Source: Hydrolagus colliei
Taxonomy: Eukaryota
Assembly (NCBI GenBank): GCA_035084275.1
Contig: CM068743.1
Span: forward strand, 56,544,001 to 56,608,000
Direction of reading: 5' to 3'
DNA length: 64,000 nucleotides
Part shown: piece after piece, positions 12,891-26,154 of the stretch
How the letters are laid out: every line of letters begins with the position of its first letter
Numbering within the stretch: position 1 is the stretch's first letter
The notes under the pieces: generated by a model
The model's input: only the letters and a program-made list of their open reading frames with translations
Told to the model about the DNA's origin: nothing
The model's database searches: none
Made by a program: the position numbers and the translations under genes

Positions 12891-13394
12891 AAATAGCCTT
12901 TGAAAACGTTTTGGAAAAGCATAATATAACAATTAGAAAGACTGGAATGCACTATAATCATAAAATAACATTGTAATAGTCACCAGCTGAGCATGCATCT
13001 TTACATAATCATCTAACAGCTTCAGAACAACTGAAAGAGAAAGACTTTAATCTTTAATTTTTGTATTGGGAAAGCAAAATGATAAAATGAAAAAAAAATA
13101 TTGTGCTTTGTATTTGTTTGGGATTTCTGTTGTACCAAATAATATATTTATAAACAAGTTTTGGGTGGGGGGTTTAAATTTGTTTTACTTTTGTTGAAAA
13201 CCTGCTGCTGTCTGCAGATTACTGGTGTTTGCCTGTTACACTTATTGATCATTAAAATTTCCAAGTACTGTTCGAAGCTGAAGACTAAATTCACCCACTG
13301 AGCACTGAACAGCCTTCTCAGCCTTTTATGGGCTTTTAATTTCCTTTCAGTTAAACAGGATTTTCAGTTCTAACCTTCCTAGTAAGGACATTGC

Positions 13395-13705
13395 TGGTAG
13401 ATCAGCAGAAGGTATACAGTCTCTGTGCCGAATTAGCTGATCTCAGCAAGGGTGCCAGTATGGGTAAAATAATTAGCTACAATGCCCCAGGTTAAGGAAG
13501 GGAAAATGAGTCACTGTTCCCAATCCCAGGATGCTATCCAACAACTGTGTGTTGTGTAAGGGCAGGATGAGGCTTGATTGTGAAGCTCCCTGTGGTTTAA
13601 TAGCCTGGCCACTCAGGTGAGGTATTGGAGAGTAGCCAGTGAGTGGAACCGTATCCCAACATGAGTCAGCAGCTTCAGGGAGAAAACATGGAGAAAAAGA
13701 AAAGC
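13395..13705 (+). mobile_element. LF-SINE-like copy
   Basis: ctgtgccgaattagctgatctcagc...aatagcctg...gtgaggta...gtggaaccgtatcccaacatgagtcagcagcttcagg matches the recalled LF-SINE consensus. Confidence 0.8.
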
Positions 13706-14552
13706 CCTACCATATTTGGGCATGATAGCGTCACAAGTGATAAAATGGAGTCTCAAGTTTTCCGGTCTAAATTAAGAGGCTTGTCAAGCTGTGATATTAT
13801 ATGGAGCAAGACCGGCTGACAATATACTGAAGTTGGGTTGCACGTACATTTAGGGGTTGAGTGATCGATTCTTGTTTAGAAATATTGGAGCAATCCTATA
13901 AGCCAGAGTAAAGCTGTGTTCTTACTAACCAGCATTCCACAGCTAGAATGCTGTGGAATTTGGGGCTCGGTTTCAACGCTACTGGGGTTCACTTCCCTCA
14001 AACCAGGGTATTTATTTTCAGTATTTTAGCAATCTCTTAATTTAGTCCACAAGAAAGACCCCCGTGAGATATTCTGACACAGTACATTATATTGTATTTT
14101 TGTTCCCAAAAAAATTTGGCAAGATTTTTTTAATATATGAAGAACATGTTCACTCCATTGAGGCTTGCCATTTGTTATTTCTTCAAACATGAGGTGCAAC
14201 AGTATGAAGTAACTACATACATTATTCATCTGTTACTTGTGGATCCACAGAAAGGTCATAGCACAGATGGAGGCCATTTAGCCCAATGTGCTTGTGTTGA
14301 TCCCACCAATGGTGTATCTGCTCTACAACAACAACAGAAAGGTCTTCAGGTGCAAACTGAAAATGGAAAAGGAGGGGGTGAGATGGAGGGATTGAGTATT
14401 CAGTATTATAAACATGAAGAAAATGAATAAAGCAACACCTGCATTTTGCCACTATTCTGTGCAAGAATGAGACTGCTGGTCAGTGAACTATAGTTAGGTC
14501 AGGTCAAGTCAGATCCATCCTGTCTATCAATTATGGCAGTAAAGCAGACTAC

Positions 14553-14600
14553 CTTCCCTGTAGAGCAAGTCCTGCACACCTCCTTCCCTCCTTCAAACAG
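14553..14600 (-). CDS. Candidate 48-nt exon (LFEGGKEVCRTCSTGK)
   Basis: Strong polypyrimidine acceptor ctttctttccaatccttttctattgttacag| and donor aag|gtagtc. Resembles the start of the cassette at 43288. Confidence 0.3.
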
Positions 14601-14902
14601 CTGTAACAATAGAAAAGGATTGGAAAGAAAGGAGTCAGATACAAACGTGACGTGATGGGATTTGTTCTTTAAATATTAGTCAGAAAATAAAGAAAACAAT
14701 ACTGTAGTTCATCTTTGAATTTTCCTCCAGGAAGCTCGTGTGGGGAAGCAAAATAAATGCTGTCTCTTAACAGATATTGACTTGAATGCAAAGTATGTCC
14801 CAAGTATGTAAGATATTATTTCCTTAACCTCTGAAACTCCCACCTGCTACCTCCCCTCTCTATTTGTTTTCAAGTCTCACTTTAAAATCTCTTCCAAACA
14901 CA

Positions 14903-17900
14903 CCATGGAGGGCTTTGAATGTGAGGAACAGGATCTTGAATTGAATCCTCTGGGTGATGGGCAGCCAATGGGTCAGGTTAGGATGGGAGAGATGGGGTCC
15001 AAAGCTTGGAGCGGTATAGGACACAGGCTGCAGAGTTCTGGATTATCTGCAGCCTATGGAGGGAGTATTTGGGTAGGCCAACAAGCAGAGTATTGGCGAA
15101 TTTGAGCTGTGTTGAAGTCGTGAATGAGAGTTTTTAGCGGCCTGAAGGGTGTGGTAGTGGCGGAGTCAGGCAATATTGCAGAGGTGAGGGAAGGTAGAGC
15201 AGCTCATGGCTTGGATGTGGGGGAGGAAAGACAGTTGAGGATCGAACAAGACACCTAGGTTCCTGACTGGCTTGGTGAGTTGGAGTGTGCAACCATGTAA
15301 GTTAATGCTGCCATTGCCTGATGCATGAAGGCACTGGCACAAGCCATTCAGGATGCCCTCAGTTTTGTTGATGTTCAACTGTAGAAAGTTAGCTCTCATC
15401 CAGAACTTGATGTCTGACAGGCAGTCTATCAGGACAGCAGTGGTCCTGGAGTCGAGGGTAGAGGCAGAAAGATAGAGTTGGGTGTCATCTGCATACATAG
15501 AATCATAGAATTATACGACACAAAAGGAGGCCATTCGGCCCATCTAGTCTGTGCCAGCTCTTTGAACAGAACAACTCAATCCCACTGCCCAGTTTTCTTC
15601 CCTTAACCTAACACACCTGCTCTTCCTAAATAAAGATCTAATTCCCTTTTAAAAGCTGTTATGGAATCTGCCTCCACCACCTTTTCAGGCAATGCATTCC
15701 AGATTCGAACAACCTGCTGAGTGAAAAAAATTCTCCTCAGCTCCCCCTCTATTTTGTTTTCAAACTATTTTAAATCTGTAACCACGAGTCAGTGATTCGC
15801 CCATTCAATCACCAGTGGAAACAATCTTTCCCTATTCACCCTGTCGAAACCTCTCATAATCTTATAAACCTCAATTAAGTCTCCTCTCAATCTTCTTTGT
15901 TCTAGAGAGAATAATCCTAGTTTATCTAGCCTTTCCTCGTAGCTGAAGTCCCTCATTCCTGGTACCATCCTAGTAAATCTCCTCTGCGCACTTTCCAATG
16001 CCTTAATATCCTTCCTAAAGTGTGGTGACCAGAATTGTATACAGTACTCCAACTGAGGCCTAACAAAAGTCTTATAGAGGTTAATCAGTACTTCCTGACT
16101 TTTGTATTCTATACCCCTATTTATAAAGCCTAGTATCCCATATGCCTTCTTAACGGCTTTGTCTACCTGTCCTGCCACTTTCAAAGAGTCACTAACACAA
16201 ATCCCCAGGTCTCTTTGTTCCTTCACACCTTTTAAAATTGTGCAAACTAGCCTATATTGCCTCCCCTCATTTCTTCTCCCAAAGTGTATCACCTCACACT
16301 TCTCTGCATTAAACTTCATCTACCATGTGTCTGCCCACTTTACAATTTTATCTATATCCTCTTGCAGATGGCTACTATCCTCCTCACTATTTACTATTCT
16401 TCCTAACTTTGTATCATCTGCAAATTTGGAAACCGTACTCCCTAAATCCAAATCATTAATATATATTAAAAAGAACAAAACTGATCCCTGGGGGATGTCA
16501 CTGCACACTTCCCTCCAGTCTGAAAAGCAGCCACTCACCACAACTCTCTGCTTTCTGTCTTGCAGCCAGTTGTGGATCCACGCTACCACTGTCCCTTTAA
16601 CTCCGTGGGCTTCTATTATCCTAATAAGCCTCTCATGCGGCACTTTGTCAAACGTCTTTTGAAAGTCCATGTAAACTACATCAACTGTGCTGCCCTCATC
16701 CACCCATTCTGTTGCATCATTAAAAAATTCTGTCAGATTTGTAAGGCAAGATTTGTCTTTAACAAATCCATGCTGGCTGTCCTTTACTAGCCTATATTTT
16801 TCTAAGTGAAGATCTATCTTGTCCCTGATTATAGACTCTAGACGTTTGCCCACTACTGACGTTAGACCTACTGGCCTATAGTTCCCAGGTTTGTCCTTCT
16901 GCCCCTTTTTATACAGGGGAGTAACATTAGCAACCCTCCAGTCCTCTGGTACCACCCCTGTGTCCAAGGAAGTTTGAAAGATTATGGCCAGAGTCTCTGC
17001 TTTTTGCTGCCGTACTTCGCTTAGTAATCTAGGATGCATCCCATCCGGAACGGGCGACTTATCTACCTTGAGCTCCGTCAACCTTTCTGGTACTTCCTCT
17101 CTGGTTATCTTATCCATTTCTATTACACTCTCCTCCAATACTGTGACATTGGCTGCATCTTCTTCTCTTGTGAAGACAGAGGCAAAGTACTCATTCAGTA
17201 CATCAGCCATGCACTCTGCCTCCACAATAAGATTTCCTCCTTGGTCCCTTATTGGCCCCACCCTACCCTTGACCAATCTTTTACCCTTAATATGTTTGTA
17301 TAATACCTTAGGATTCCCTTAATGTTACCTGCTAATTGTTTCTCATGCATTCTTTTTGCCCCTCTAACTTCCTTTTTTAGTTCACTCCCACATTTCATGT
17401 GGATGTTGACCCCATGCCTGCAGATGATGTCACCAAGGGGGAGCATGTAGATGTTAAAAAGTAGGGGGCCAAGGTCAGAGCCTGGGGGACACCACGTGTG
17501 ACAGATCCGGGTGCTGGAAAAGAAGCCGTTGGTGGCGAAAAAGTGGAGACAGTGAGAAAGGTAGGAGTTGAACCAGGTCGGTAAAGATTGAGCTGAGAGG
17601 AGAAGTGGTGTCAGCTATGTCTAGCACGGAATCCAGATTGTAGGGGTTTGAAGACGGAATGGTGAGAGAGAAAGTAGCAAAGCTGGCAAGCAACGACTCA
17701 TTTTAGGGCCTTAGATAGGAATAGGAGGTTGGTGATGGGGCGGTAACTGGAGAGTAGGAATGGTTCCAGCGAAGATTTTTTCACTGGGGGTGATGACAGC
17801 TGTGTTTAGAGGGGTGGGAATGGTGTGGGTGGATCGGGAGTGGTTGATGATGTCGGTTAGGAGAGGGACTAGGAGGTGGAGCTGGGAGGAGAGAGATGGG

Positions 17901-18155
17901 TATGGGGTCAAGTGAGCAGATGGAGGATATAATTTTTCAGATTAGAGCAGAGAGGGCGAAGGGAGAGATAGGTGTAGGGTGGGGGGTGGGAGGGGGGGTG
18001 GATCCTGAGAGAGAGATGTTTGGAAGGTAGTGGTGGATGGGGTAGAGGTGACTGAATGGATCCCCTCAATTTTATTTTTGAGGAAGTCCAGTATCTCCTC
18101 ACATTTGGAGATAGGATGGGTGAAGCATGGGACGGTGGAAAAAATTGTTGTGCGA
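14903..18155 (-). mobile_element. Degenerate L2 LINE (RT region) split by a CR1 insertion
   Basis: MLPLGDIICRHGVNIHM (17446-17396) continues as MYADDTQLYLS...LRNLGVLFDPQLSFLPHI-like (15498 downward). Confidence 0.9.
15499..17395 (-). mobile_element. 5'-truncated CR1 LINE, RT pseudogene with one internal nonsense codon
   Basis: ORFs 16320-17276 and 15789-16319 share a frame (NYRPV.LTS, QHGF, DFQK.FDKVPH, PQGSVL, KFADDTKL), split by TAG. (ATTCTATG)n tail. Confidence 0.95.
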
Positions 18156-18159
18156 TAAA

Positions 18160-18351
18160 CCGACCAACAATAATTTGGCTCAATCGAGCTTGTACAGTAT
18201 TTGTTAAGATCTGCTGTTGTTAATAAATGATCAAGGTGTGAGGCCATTTGGAATTGGTTTCAGTTTCAGTGAGTTCCTGTATGTTCCTTTGATGAAACAG
18301 CCTTTAGAACATCTTTAAATAAATTCTGGAACATTCGGTTCTGTTTTTGAA
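18160..18351 (-). pseudogene. Decayed exon-like cassette, paralogue of 20263-20409
   Basis: gtatttcacag|TT CAA AAA CAG AAC CGA ATG TTC CAG..; QKQNRMFQNLFKDVLKAVSSKEHTGTH*N*. Confidence 0.4.
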
Positions 18352-19409
18352 CTGTGAAATACCATCAGTTCACTGTTGAAACAACAGTATGACTGTGAAT
18401 AATTACTAGATCATTATAAACTACAATCATTCAGGCTGCCGGAGTTCCTTTAACAGAGTCCTGTAAGCAGTAGAATGCTGCTGCCTCAACATTGACAATA
18501 GGTAATAGACATTTTCTTTCAATTCCATTTGTGTGACGAGGTCACAGGTTCAGGGTTGTAAAGGACAAATTTAGGACAGACACCACTAATTATTTGGTAT
18601 GAGGGTAATGAATAGATGAAGTAGTAGCTTGCCAGGAAAAATGGTTGATGTTAATAACAATGCAGTAATAATATTTGATATAGTGCCAGATCAAAGTCAT
18701 CAAAACATCTCTAAGTATCTCAGAGGATTTACTGTCAAGCTCAGTGACTATAATGATACTGATAATAATCTTGCATTTGATATATTGCCTTATCACATCT
18801 TTGAGAGTCTCAAAGTGTTTCCCAGAATATATTATTAAGTGAATCTACTGTATATTTGTCAGCAAACTATATCTGTAGATGTATTTATAGAATGTATTTG
18901 TGGATCCAGGCAGTCCAGGGTAAGTGTCTCTTCACAGTTTATTTTTAAACAATGAACAGGAGGATGTTGGAGGTGGGGGGAATGGGGCAGGAAAACTCTC
19001 TGGTGACCTTGTGAGACTATTGTGTCTGATTCGCTGCCGGTTGGTAAATTTACCCATGATTGAAGAATTGCCCCAAAGGAACAATTTCAATTATGCCACA
19101 GCAAAAATACAAGGTCACGAGTTTGAGGATATGAAGGGCAAATTTAGGGTAGACACCAATCATTTTTTTAATATACACTGGGTAATGAACGTATGGAGTA
19201 ACAAGACAGGAAGAATGGTTGAAGCCAGAATACTGAATTAATTTTAAAAACCTCTTTATGCTCCAAAGTTAAATTAAGGTACTATCTGCCTGTTCAGGAG
19301 GACGTTAAGGAATCACCGTTAGAGAATTTCTCCCAGTGCCTTGGCCAACAATAACTCATTCATTTACTGTCTGCTGGTGGCAGCTTGACTGCCATGTTTG
19401 CCTACACAT

Positions 19410-20070
19410 ATAATACAAATTTAGTTTATATAGTGCATTTCACATTGGAAGGGATGCTGGATGGTTCTAATGTTTGTACCCGATCTGGCTGAAAGTGTGG
19501 TATAACAGGAAGTTCTTGAGGTGGACCTTGAAGCAGGTGAGGGAAGGGATGAGTCAAAGGGACTCTGGGTTGGAGTTCCAGAGAGTGGAAGCAGATATAC
19601 TGAAAGTCCAACTGCGATGGTGCAGCTGGCTGTGGAACGAGGGACATGAAGCAGGTTGGTGCCCCATGATTGGAGGGAGTGGGCAGGTTTGAGGAGGCCG
19701 CACTGTAACGAACCCATAGAGGGATTTAAAGGTCAGGTTGATGATTTTGAACTTAATCTGCTAGGAGATCGAGCTGGTGGGGGGAGGGGCATGGGGTTGG
19801 GTGAGGTGATACACATGAAGCCTAGTGCAGAAAAGGACATCAGCTGCAGTTTGGTGTCATCTGTAGCTTGTGAAGGGAAGAGGCAGGCAGACCAATGAGC
19901 AGAGAATTGGCATAATCTGGCCTGCACATGATTAGTGTCTCTGTGGCCTGAGGTAGTGTTGAAGGTGGGGAATGTTACAGAGGTGGGGGAAAACTGAGCA
20001 GGTCAGAATAAGAATGGAAGGTTTAAAGGACAGTTGAGAGTCAAAAACGATACTGAGGTTCCGCACATAG
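19410..20070 (-). mobile_element. Degenerate L2 LINE 3' portion
   Basis: Tail ttatatagtgcatttcac; ggagttccagag and aggtggaccttgaag motifs shared with other L2 copies. Confidence 0.75.
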
Positions 20071-20262
20071 AAAATCACTACACTTTACAGAAAACTCTGA
20101 TGTGGTTTGAAATGTTTTGACTTGATAAGACATTGATCTGATGCAATGATCATTATTATAATGCAAATTTATACTGCTGCTATACTGGCACAATACTGTA
20201 TACTAAAGCAAATGCTTAAGTGCAGTACATCAAACATCACAGCTCCCAAGAATCGCTATTAC

Positions 20263-20409
20263 CAGTGAACATTACCAATTGTTCATCCAAGTGAAAACAT
20301 GTGTAAAAGTTACTCTCATAAGTAAAGTATTTGTCCGCATGTGGAGTTGCTGGTACAGCCTTGACCATATCTTTCGATGAACTCTGGAACATTGGCTTCT
20401 GTTGCTGAA
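20263..20409 (-). CDS. Candidate symmetric phase-1 exon, 147 nt, stop-free
   Basis: ctaatagtatttcacag| ... ACTG|gtaata. QQQKPMFQSSSKDMVKAVPATPHADKYFTYESNFYTCFHLDEQLVMFT. Confidence 0.4.
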
Positions 20410-20624
20410 CTGTGAAATACTATTAGATCAGTGTTGAAACAATAGGAAGACTGATTTTTTACTGGATCATTATAAACATCCCATGTATAATACACTCATG
20501 CTGCTGAGATATGAAATAACATTAGATAAGTTTTGAAACAATCAGATTACATTGTAAAAATCCCTGGTTGTACTGTCTCTCTGCTGGTGTGTCTAATTCT
20601 CACTTCTAATTTCAAATGTGCTTT

Positions 20625-20795
20625 ATTAGCCATTGCTCAGTGTGTTTATTCTGTGAGTAGGTCAGCCATACAAATCCAGGGAGATCCCTGGTTCAATTTC
20701 CAGTTTGTGCTTTGTTAGATAAATTCAGCCGGGATGCCTGTACAGGTGATTGCATTATAGTTAAGCTCAGGCCCTGGTTATGGGAGGAGAAAGCT
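20625..20795 (+). mobile_element. LF-SINE-like 5' half
   Basis: agccatacaaatccagggagatccctggttcaatttccagtttgtgc...ccctggttatgggaggag. Confidence 0.65.
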
Positions 20796-20811
20796 TCTGA
20801 CGTTATATGTA

Positions 20812-21194
20812 CAGTAAAACCTTTGTTATCAGGCACCCTTGGGACCTAACCGATGCCGATTAATCAAATATGCCGGATATTCGAGCGGCAAGTTGCCAAA
20901 AATGCTACACAGAAAATTGACTTATTTTAAAACATACCATATTATTAATAGACTAAATAATAACAGAATATTGTATGGATACTTACCAATATAGCAATCC
21001 AGCACACTTGGTAAAATGATCAGTAAAAAAGCATTCCAGCGTTCAGTAAATTTAATGCGCAAAGTGAGCATACTGCGAGTGTCCCGGATGGCTACGGTAT
21101 GAGATCCGGTTGCTAGAATGGTGAATTGTATTGGGAGACACCGGTTGGTTGAGCGTTCTGGTTGGTTTGGTACCAGATAAAAAAGTTTTTACTG
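20812..21194. mobile_element. Tc1/mariner (Tigger/pogo-like) MITE, 383 bp
   Basis: TA TSDs at 20810-11 and 21195-96. 26-bp TIRs starting cagtaaaa (22/26 identical by hand). Confidence 0.85.
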
Positions 21195-21289
21195 TACATG
21201 GATGACAGACAAGGACAGATCAACCTCCAAGTATTTTTTTTGTCAACTTTAGATGTTACCCTCATTGTGACATGTAAGCAAAGCCAATA

Positions 21290-21530
21290 GCACCCAGCAG
21301 TGTCCCACAAACAGGCGTGGATTAAGTAAGTGAATAATATTTTGGGGAAGGAATTATTACCACCGGAAAAGTGAGCCGCCAATCAACTAACAACCAGGTT
21401 CCTTCTTACTGCTGGTATACAGTGGCGTGTGGAGTAAGGAAATTTGCCCATTGTTTCGTCCTGCCGGGAACTGAACCCTGGTCCTCTCGCTTGCAAGGTG
21501 TGTGCTTTAACCGCTGAGCTACAGGACTCC
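21290..21530 (-). mobile_element. tRNA-derived SINE (head and body)
   Basis: Ends ttaaccgctgagctacaggactcc, the reverse of the SINE head. Confidence 0.85.
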
Positions 21531-21849
21531 ACCATGGTTATATGACATGCCTAAGGAATCCATGATTAATACACACACAGGAAAATATTGTATCTGGTTA
21601 AGATAATGCTACAAGGACCCTCTATCAGTAAACAGCATTAAATTCAATTACAATACGCCTGGCAATATTTCTACATGCAAGGAGATAAAGCACGAACCAG
21701 TTTATTTTTAGAAAGAAAATTGCATTTTGATACAGGGAGACATTCCCTGTATTCCAGCTTTTTTAATGCAAGTAAGCTTTCTGCTCATTTCAAACAGAGT
21801 CAGTGTGCTGGAGCAGGGTAATGGGAAGAGCAGAATGACAGCGTTCTGA

Positions 21850-22055
21850 AATAAAATCTGCAAATGCACAGCAGGTCAATCAGCATCTCCATGAGGGAAA
21901 AGTAGATTTCCATTTTAGGTATAACCCTTCATATGAATTTCACCGTAGTATGCTAAAGGCTTGCATTGGCAATATTAATCTATCTTCATTTAGATGCTGA
22001 TCGGATAGCTGTACATTTCCATCAATTTTTAGTATGAGTTCAGATTTCCAGAATT
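21850..22055. mobile_element. Degenerate palindromic element (possibly Penelope-derived)
   Basis: Loose inverted arms aaatgcacagcaggtcaatcagcatct ... agatgctgatcggatagctgtacattt. Confidence 0.4.
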
Positions 22056-22409
22056 CCCATCATTTCTTTTTATCTGTGACACCATTATGTCTGTCTTTTA
22101 CAGAGCTCGATGCTAATCATGACGCATTTAGTTAAATGTGCAGACATAACAGTTTCTAATTCGGAGGGACTGGCATGGTAGGTTTATAGCAAATCACTGA
22201 AAAAAATAGTTGAGCAGAACTTTTGGTTAATAAAGGATGCCTGGAAAGAGGAAAGTTGAAAAGGCATCACCTTAGTTTATGTAAATAATAATATTTGCAT
22301 TTGGTATTACATCTTGTCAAAGTGTTTCAAAGCTCTTCACAGCGTTAACTGTATAGTGTATTGATTGAGTATTTGTAAGGAAACCTCCAGTCAATTTGTA
22401 CAGAATAAT

Positions 22410-22840
22410 AATATTAATAATAATCTTTGTACTTGATATAGTATTTCATCATGTTATTGAGATGTCTCAAAGTGCTTCACAGGTATATTGCAAAGTGCAA
22501 TATCTGTGGATGAAACACGGCATACAGTTCTGCTCAACAATGTCTTGCAAACAGCCAGGGATTGAGTGACCAATTTTATTTGGGGGATCTGTTGACCAGG
22601 AGACCGGGAAGAAACTCTGCTCTTTTCGAATGCCATAGGATCTTTAACATTCACCTGAACAGACAGATGGGGCTGAGGTTTAATATGTCATCCAAAGAAT
22701 AGTACCTCCGACAATGCAAACCAATCCCAGCACTACACTGGAGTATGAGCTGAGACTGTGATTCCTTGTCTCGATAAGATGCTTGAACTAAGAACATTCT
22801 GACTCAGAGACAAGAGTGCTACTACTGGGCCAAGATGACA
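22410..22840 (-). mobile_element. DeuSINE-type SINE
   Basis: tgccataggatctttaacattcacctgaacagacagatggggc (reverse Deu core). Head tgactcagagacaagagtgctac. Confidence 0.85.
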
Positions 22841-23884
22841 CACAAAATCCCACAATCAGTCAGAAAATGAATAACCAATTTTATTTGTAGGATTGTTAGC
22901 CAGGGCATAAGGAAAAAGTCCATTCCCTTTTGCAATAATAATAAGACTTGCAGTTGATATAGAGCTTTATTATGTCATTGAGATGTCTGAGAGCTTTACA
23001 GGACATTACCACCGACAATACAGTCACCTCCCAGCAACACCAACTTCCACTGGTTTGGTAGGGTCCTAGGGCTGTTGACAGTGAAGGAGCATGACATTGA
23101 TCCAGGGATAGGTGGGCCATCATCACTGAGATGTCAGTCTTATGTGTGAGCTCAAAGTTCCAATATTGAGGATTAAACCCACAACCTTTTGACTCAGAAG
23201 GTTGTGTGCTGTGCTGCCACTTAAACCAGACTAACATATGAATTAGGCTAGATTTCTATCAAGTGCAGTTTTGCATAATTTAAATGAATAAAAATACCAC
23301 TAAAATGGTAGATGTCCTCGTCAAATGAATATTATTAAGCAATTAATAATCCACAGAATGTGACAGACTAAATAGACAGGGCACCAGTATTCCTTCTGGT
23401 ATTAGCAATGTATATCCATGATGACATGGAAATAAGTGTTAAAGTAAGAGAGTATTTATCACCTAAGTCACTAGAATCTGCTGAAGGTGCTAAGCTCTGC
23501 AGGTTAATATTTCATCCTCTTTGTTGACGTTCACTGTCAAACCATTGGCAGTAGTGTTCGCTTTTAGAATATCTTTCCTGGAATCACATGTCTAGTCATT
23601 GACAATTTACAACAAATAATTTATTTTACGGCTTTGCTGTTCTATTTTTATTGGATGTTTTACATCAGAAGTGTCCTGTGCACAAAAATTTCACATGGGA
23701 TTCTTTCCATAATGTTTCACCACAGAATGCAAAGCACAAATTACAGAATTTCAATACAAGTGCATTTAGTTTACGCAGGAATGTTAAGAGTGATTATGTT
23801 TTGTTGTGTGAATGAGCATCCCTGGAAGGGTTGGGACTGAATATCAGAAAAGCAGTCAATCAGAATAAAGCTTCAGAACTGCTA

Positions 23885-25137
23885 CAAACTTTTTGAAGAG
23901 GTAATGGAGAAGGAGAGGGAGAGGGTGGATGCAGGTAGTGCATTTGATGTGGTTTATATGGACTTTCAAAAGGCATTTGACAAAGTGCCACATAAAAGAC
24001 GTACAGGGAAAATAGAAGCCCATGGTATTAAAGGGATAGTGGCAGCATGGATCCAAAACTGGCTGGGGGACACAAAGCACAGAGTTGTGGTGAACGGTTG
24101 TTTTTCTGACTGGAGGGAAGTGTACAGTGACGTCCCCGAGGGATCGGTATTGGGACCACTGCTCTTTTTAATTTATAGAAATGATCTGGACTTAGGTATA
24201 GGGAGTACAATTTCCAAATTTGCAGATGACTCAAAGTTAGGAAAACTAGTAAAAAGTGAGGAGGATAGTAGCCGACTGCAAGAAGACACAGACAGAATGG
24301 TAAAATGGGCAGACACATGGCAGGTAAAGTTTAATGTGGAGAAATGTGAGGTGATGCATTTTGGGAGGAAGAATGAGGAGAGAAAATATAGGCTAAATAA
24401 TACAATCTTTAGGGGTTGAAGGAACAGAGAGACCTGGGGGTTTATGTAAGTAAATCTTTGAAGGTGGCAGAACAGGATACTAGGATATGGACATGGGACA
24501 CTAGGCTTTATAAATAGGGGAGTACAGTACAAAAGTCAGGAAGTTATGGTTAACCTGTATAAAATGCTAGTTAGGCCTCAGCTAGAGTACTGTGTTCAGT
24601 TCTAGGCACCACACTTCAGAAAGGATGTTCAGGCATTGGAAAGGGTGCAGAAGAGATTTACCAGGATGGTACCATGAATGAGGGACTTCGGTTATGAGGA
24701 AAGGCTGGAGAGGCTAGGATTATTCTAATTGGAGCAGAGAAGGTTACGAGGAAACCTAATAGAGGTTTTCAAATTCACGAGGGGATTCGATAGAGTAAAC
24801 AGGGAAAAACTGTTTCCACTGGTGGGGTGTGTCAGTGACACGAGGTCATAGATTTTAAATAGTTTCTAAAAGAAGCAGAGGGGAGATGAGGAAACATTTT
24901 TCACACAGCGAGTTGTACAAATCTAGAATTCGTTGCCTGAAAAGGTGGTGGAGGCCAATTCGATAACAACTTTTAAAAGAGGGGTGGATGTTTATTTAGG
25001 GAGGACAGGTTTGTAGGGTTATGGGGAGTGAGTCAGGGATTGGGATTGACTTTGAATAGCTCTTTTCAAAGACTCAGCACAGACTTGATTGAATGATGTC
25101 TTCCTTCTGTCCTGACAAATTATATTATTCTATGAAC
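23885..25137 (+). mobile_element. 5'-truncated CR1 LINE
   Basis: ORF DVVYMDFQKAFDKVPH...GSVLGPLLFLIY..KFADDSKL, several stops downstream, 3' UTR ending ttctatga. Confidence 0.95.
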
Positions 25138-25339
25138 ATGATTGTCAGTGACCACAACAACAAGGTAATTGGGAGCACATCTGGGATATATTAGGGTTTG
25201 GAACGGAAAAACAAGGTGAAAAACAGAAACACAAAAAAGAAACATGAAGAAACTGTGGCAGCAGCAGAGATAAAATAACCGCCTCAATTGGATGGCTCAA
25301 GCCATACTGTTGGAAGGTACAGAGTTTCACACATGTCTT

Positions 25340-25722
25340 TCTGGTACATCACTTTTAAAGCCTTTCATGGCCTTGTCCCACCCTACCTCTTTGACCTCTT
25401 AACTCCCTATCAACCTGTCTGCTCCCTCCGCTCAGAGAGCTCCGGCCTGCTCCATGTCCCCTAACCCACCCGCCCCACCATTGGCAGGCAAGCCTTCAGT
25501 CACTCTGCCCCAGCCTCTGGAACTCCATCCCACACTTCCTCCGCCTTTCCCCCTCCCTCCCCTCCTCTTCGAAAGTGCCATCAGTCACCCCCCCTACCCC
25601 TCTCGTCCCTCCACCCTCCCCAATCTTGACCCCAGCTCGGGTCTGAAACACTGACTGTCCAGAGCCTTGGGACGCCCTCCCGACTTGAAAAGCACTATAT
25701 AAATGTAATTTTGTTTTTGTTA
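25340..25722 (+). mobile_element. L2 LINE 3' end
   Basis: tttaaagcctttcatggccttg...ctctggaactccatccc...cactatataaatgtaattttgtt. Confidence 0.85.
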
Positions 25723-25729
25723 TCAGGAC

Positions 25730-26091
25730 ACATTCCAGAAACAGAGGCGAGGTGGCAGGCATGGACAAAAGAACCAAAGCCTCAGTGTGATCTGCCATGC
25801 TAACAGCATATGCCGGAGCTACAGATGAAAGACAACTATTTGAAGCTGACAATAGTTCTTCTTCACATCAAGTCAGCTTCAGACTTGAAGGAGTCATTGT
25901 GATGGTTTTCTGGTTACTGGCAGGAGTTGTTGTTTTCACATTGTAGTTGCTCTGATTTGTTCCACATACAAGTTCCTGCAATTCCACCCCCATCATTGTC
26001 TTCAACCCCATAATTGCCACACTTGGTGTATGGGTCCAATCATGTTTTCTTTTAACTGTGTTATCCAAAGACTATTTTTCAAACCTTGTTA
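25730..26091 (-). pseudogene. Decayed phase-1 exon-like cassette, S/T-rich
   Basis: tctttttattaaag|TA ACA..; one frame of ~120 codons with two stops (ORFs 25868-26068 and 25496-25852 are in the same frame). Confidence 0.4.
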
Positions 26092-26154
26092 CTTTAATAA
26101 AAGATAAACTAATGCTTTGTGTGATGGTTTAAAGGACAAGGAAATTCTCTGCCA

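Noticed and set aside
13934-13959. 10-bp stem attccacagc/gctgtggaat
   Set aside because: Short enough to arise by chance in 64 kb; too small for a pre-miRNA.
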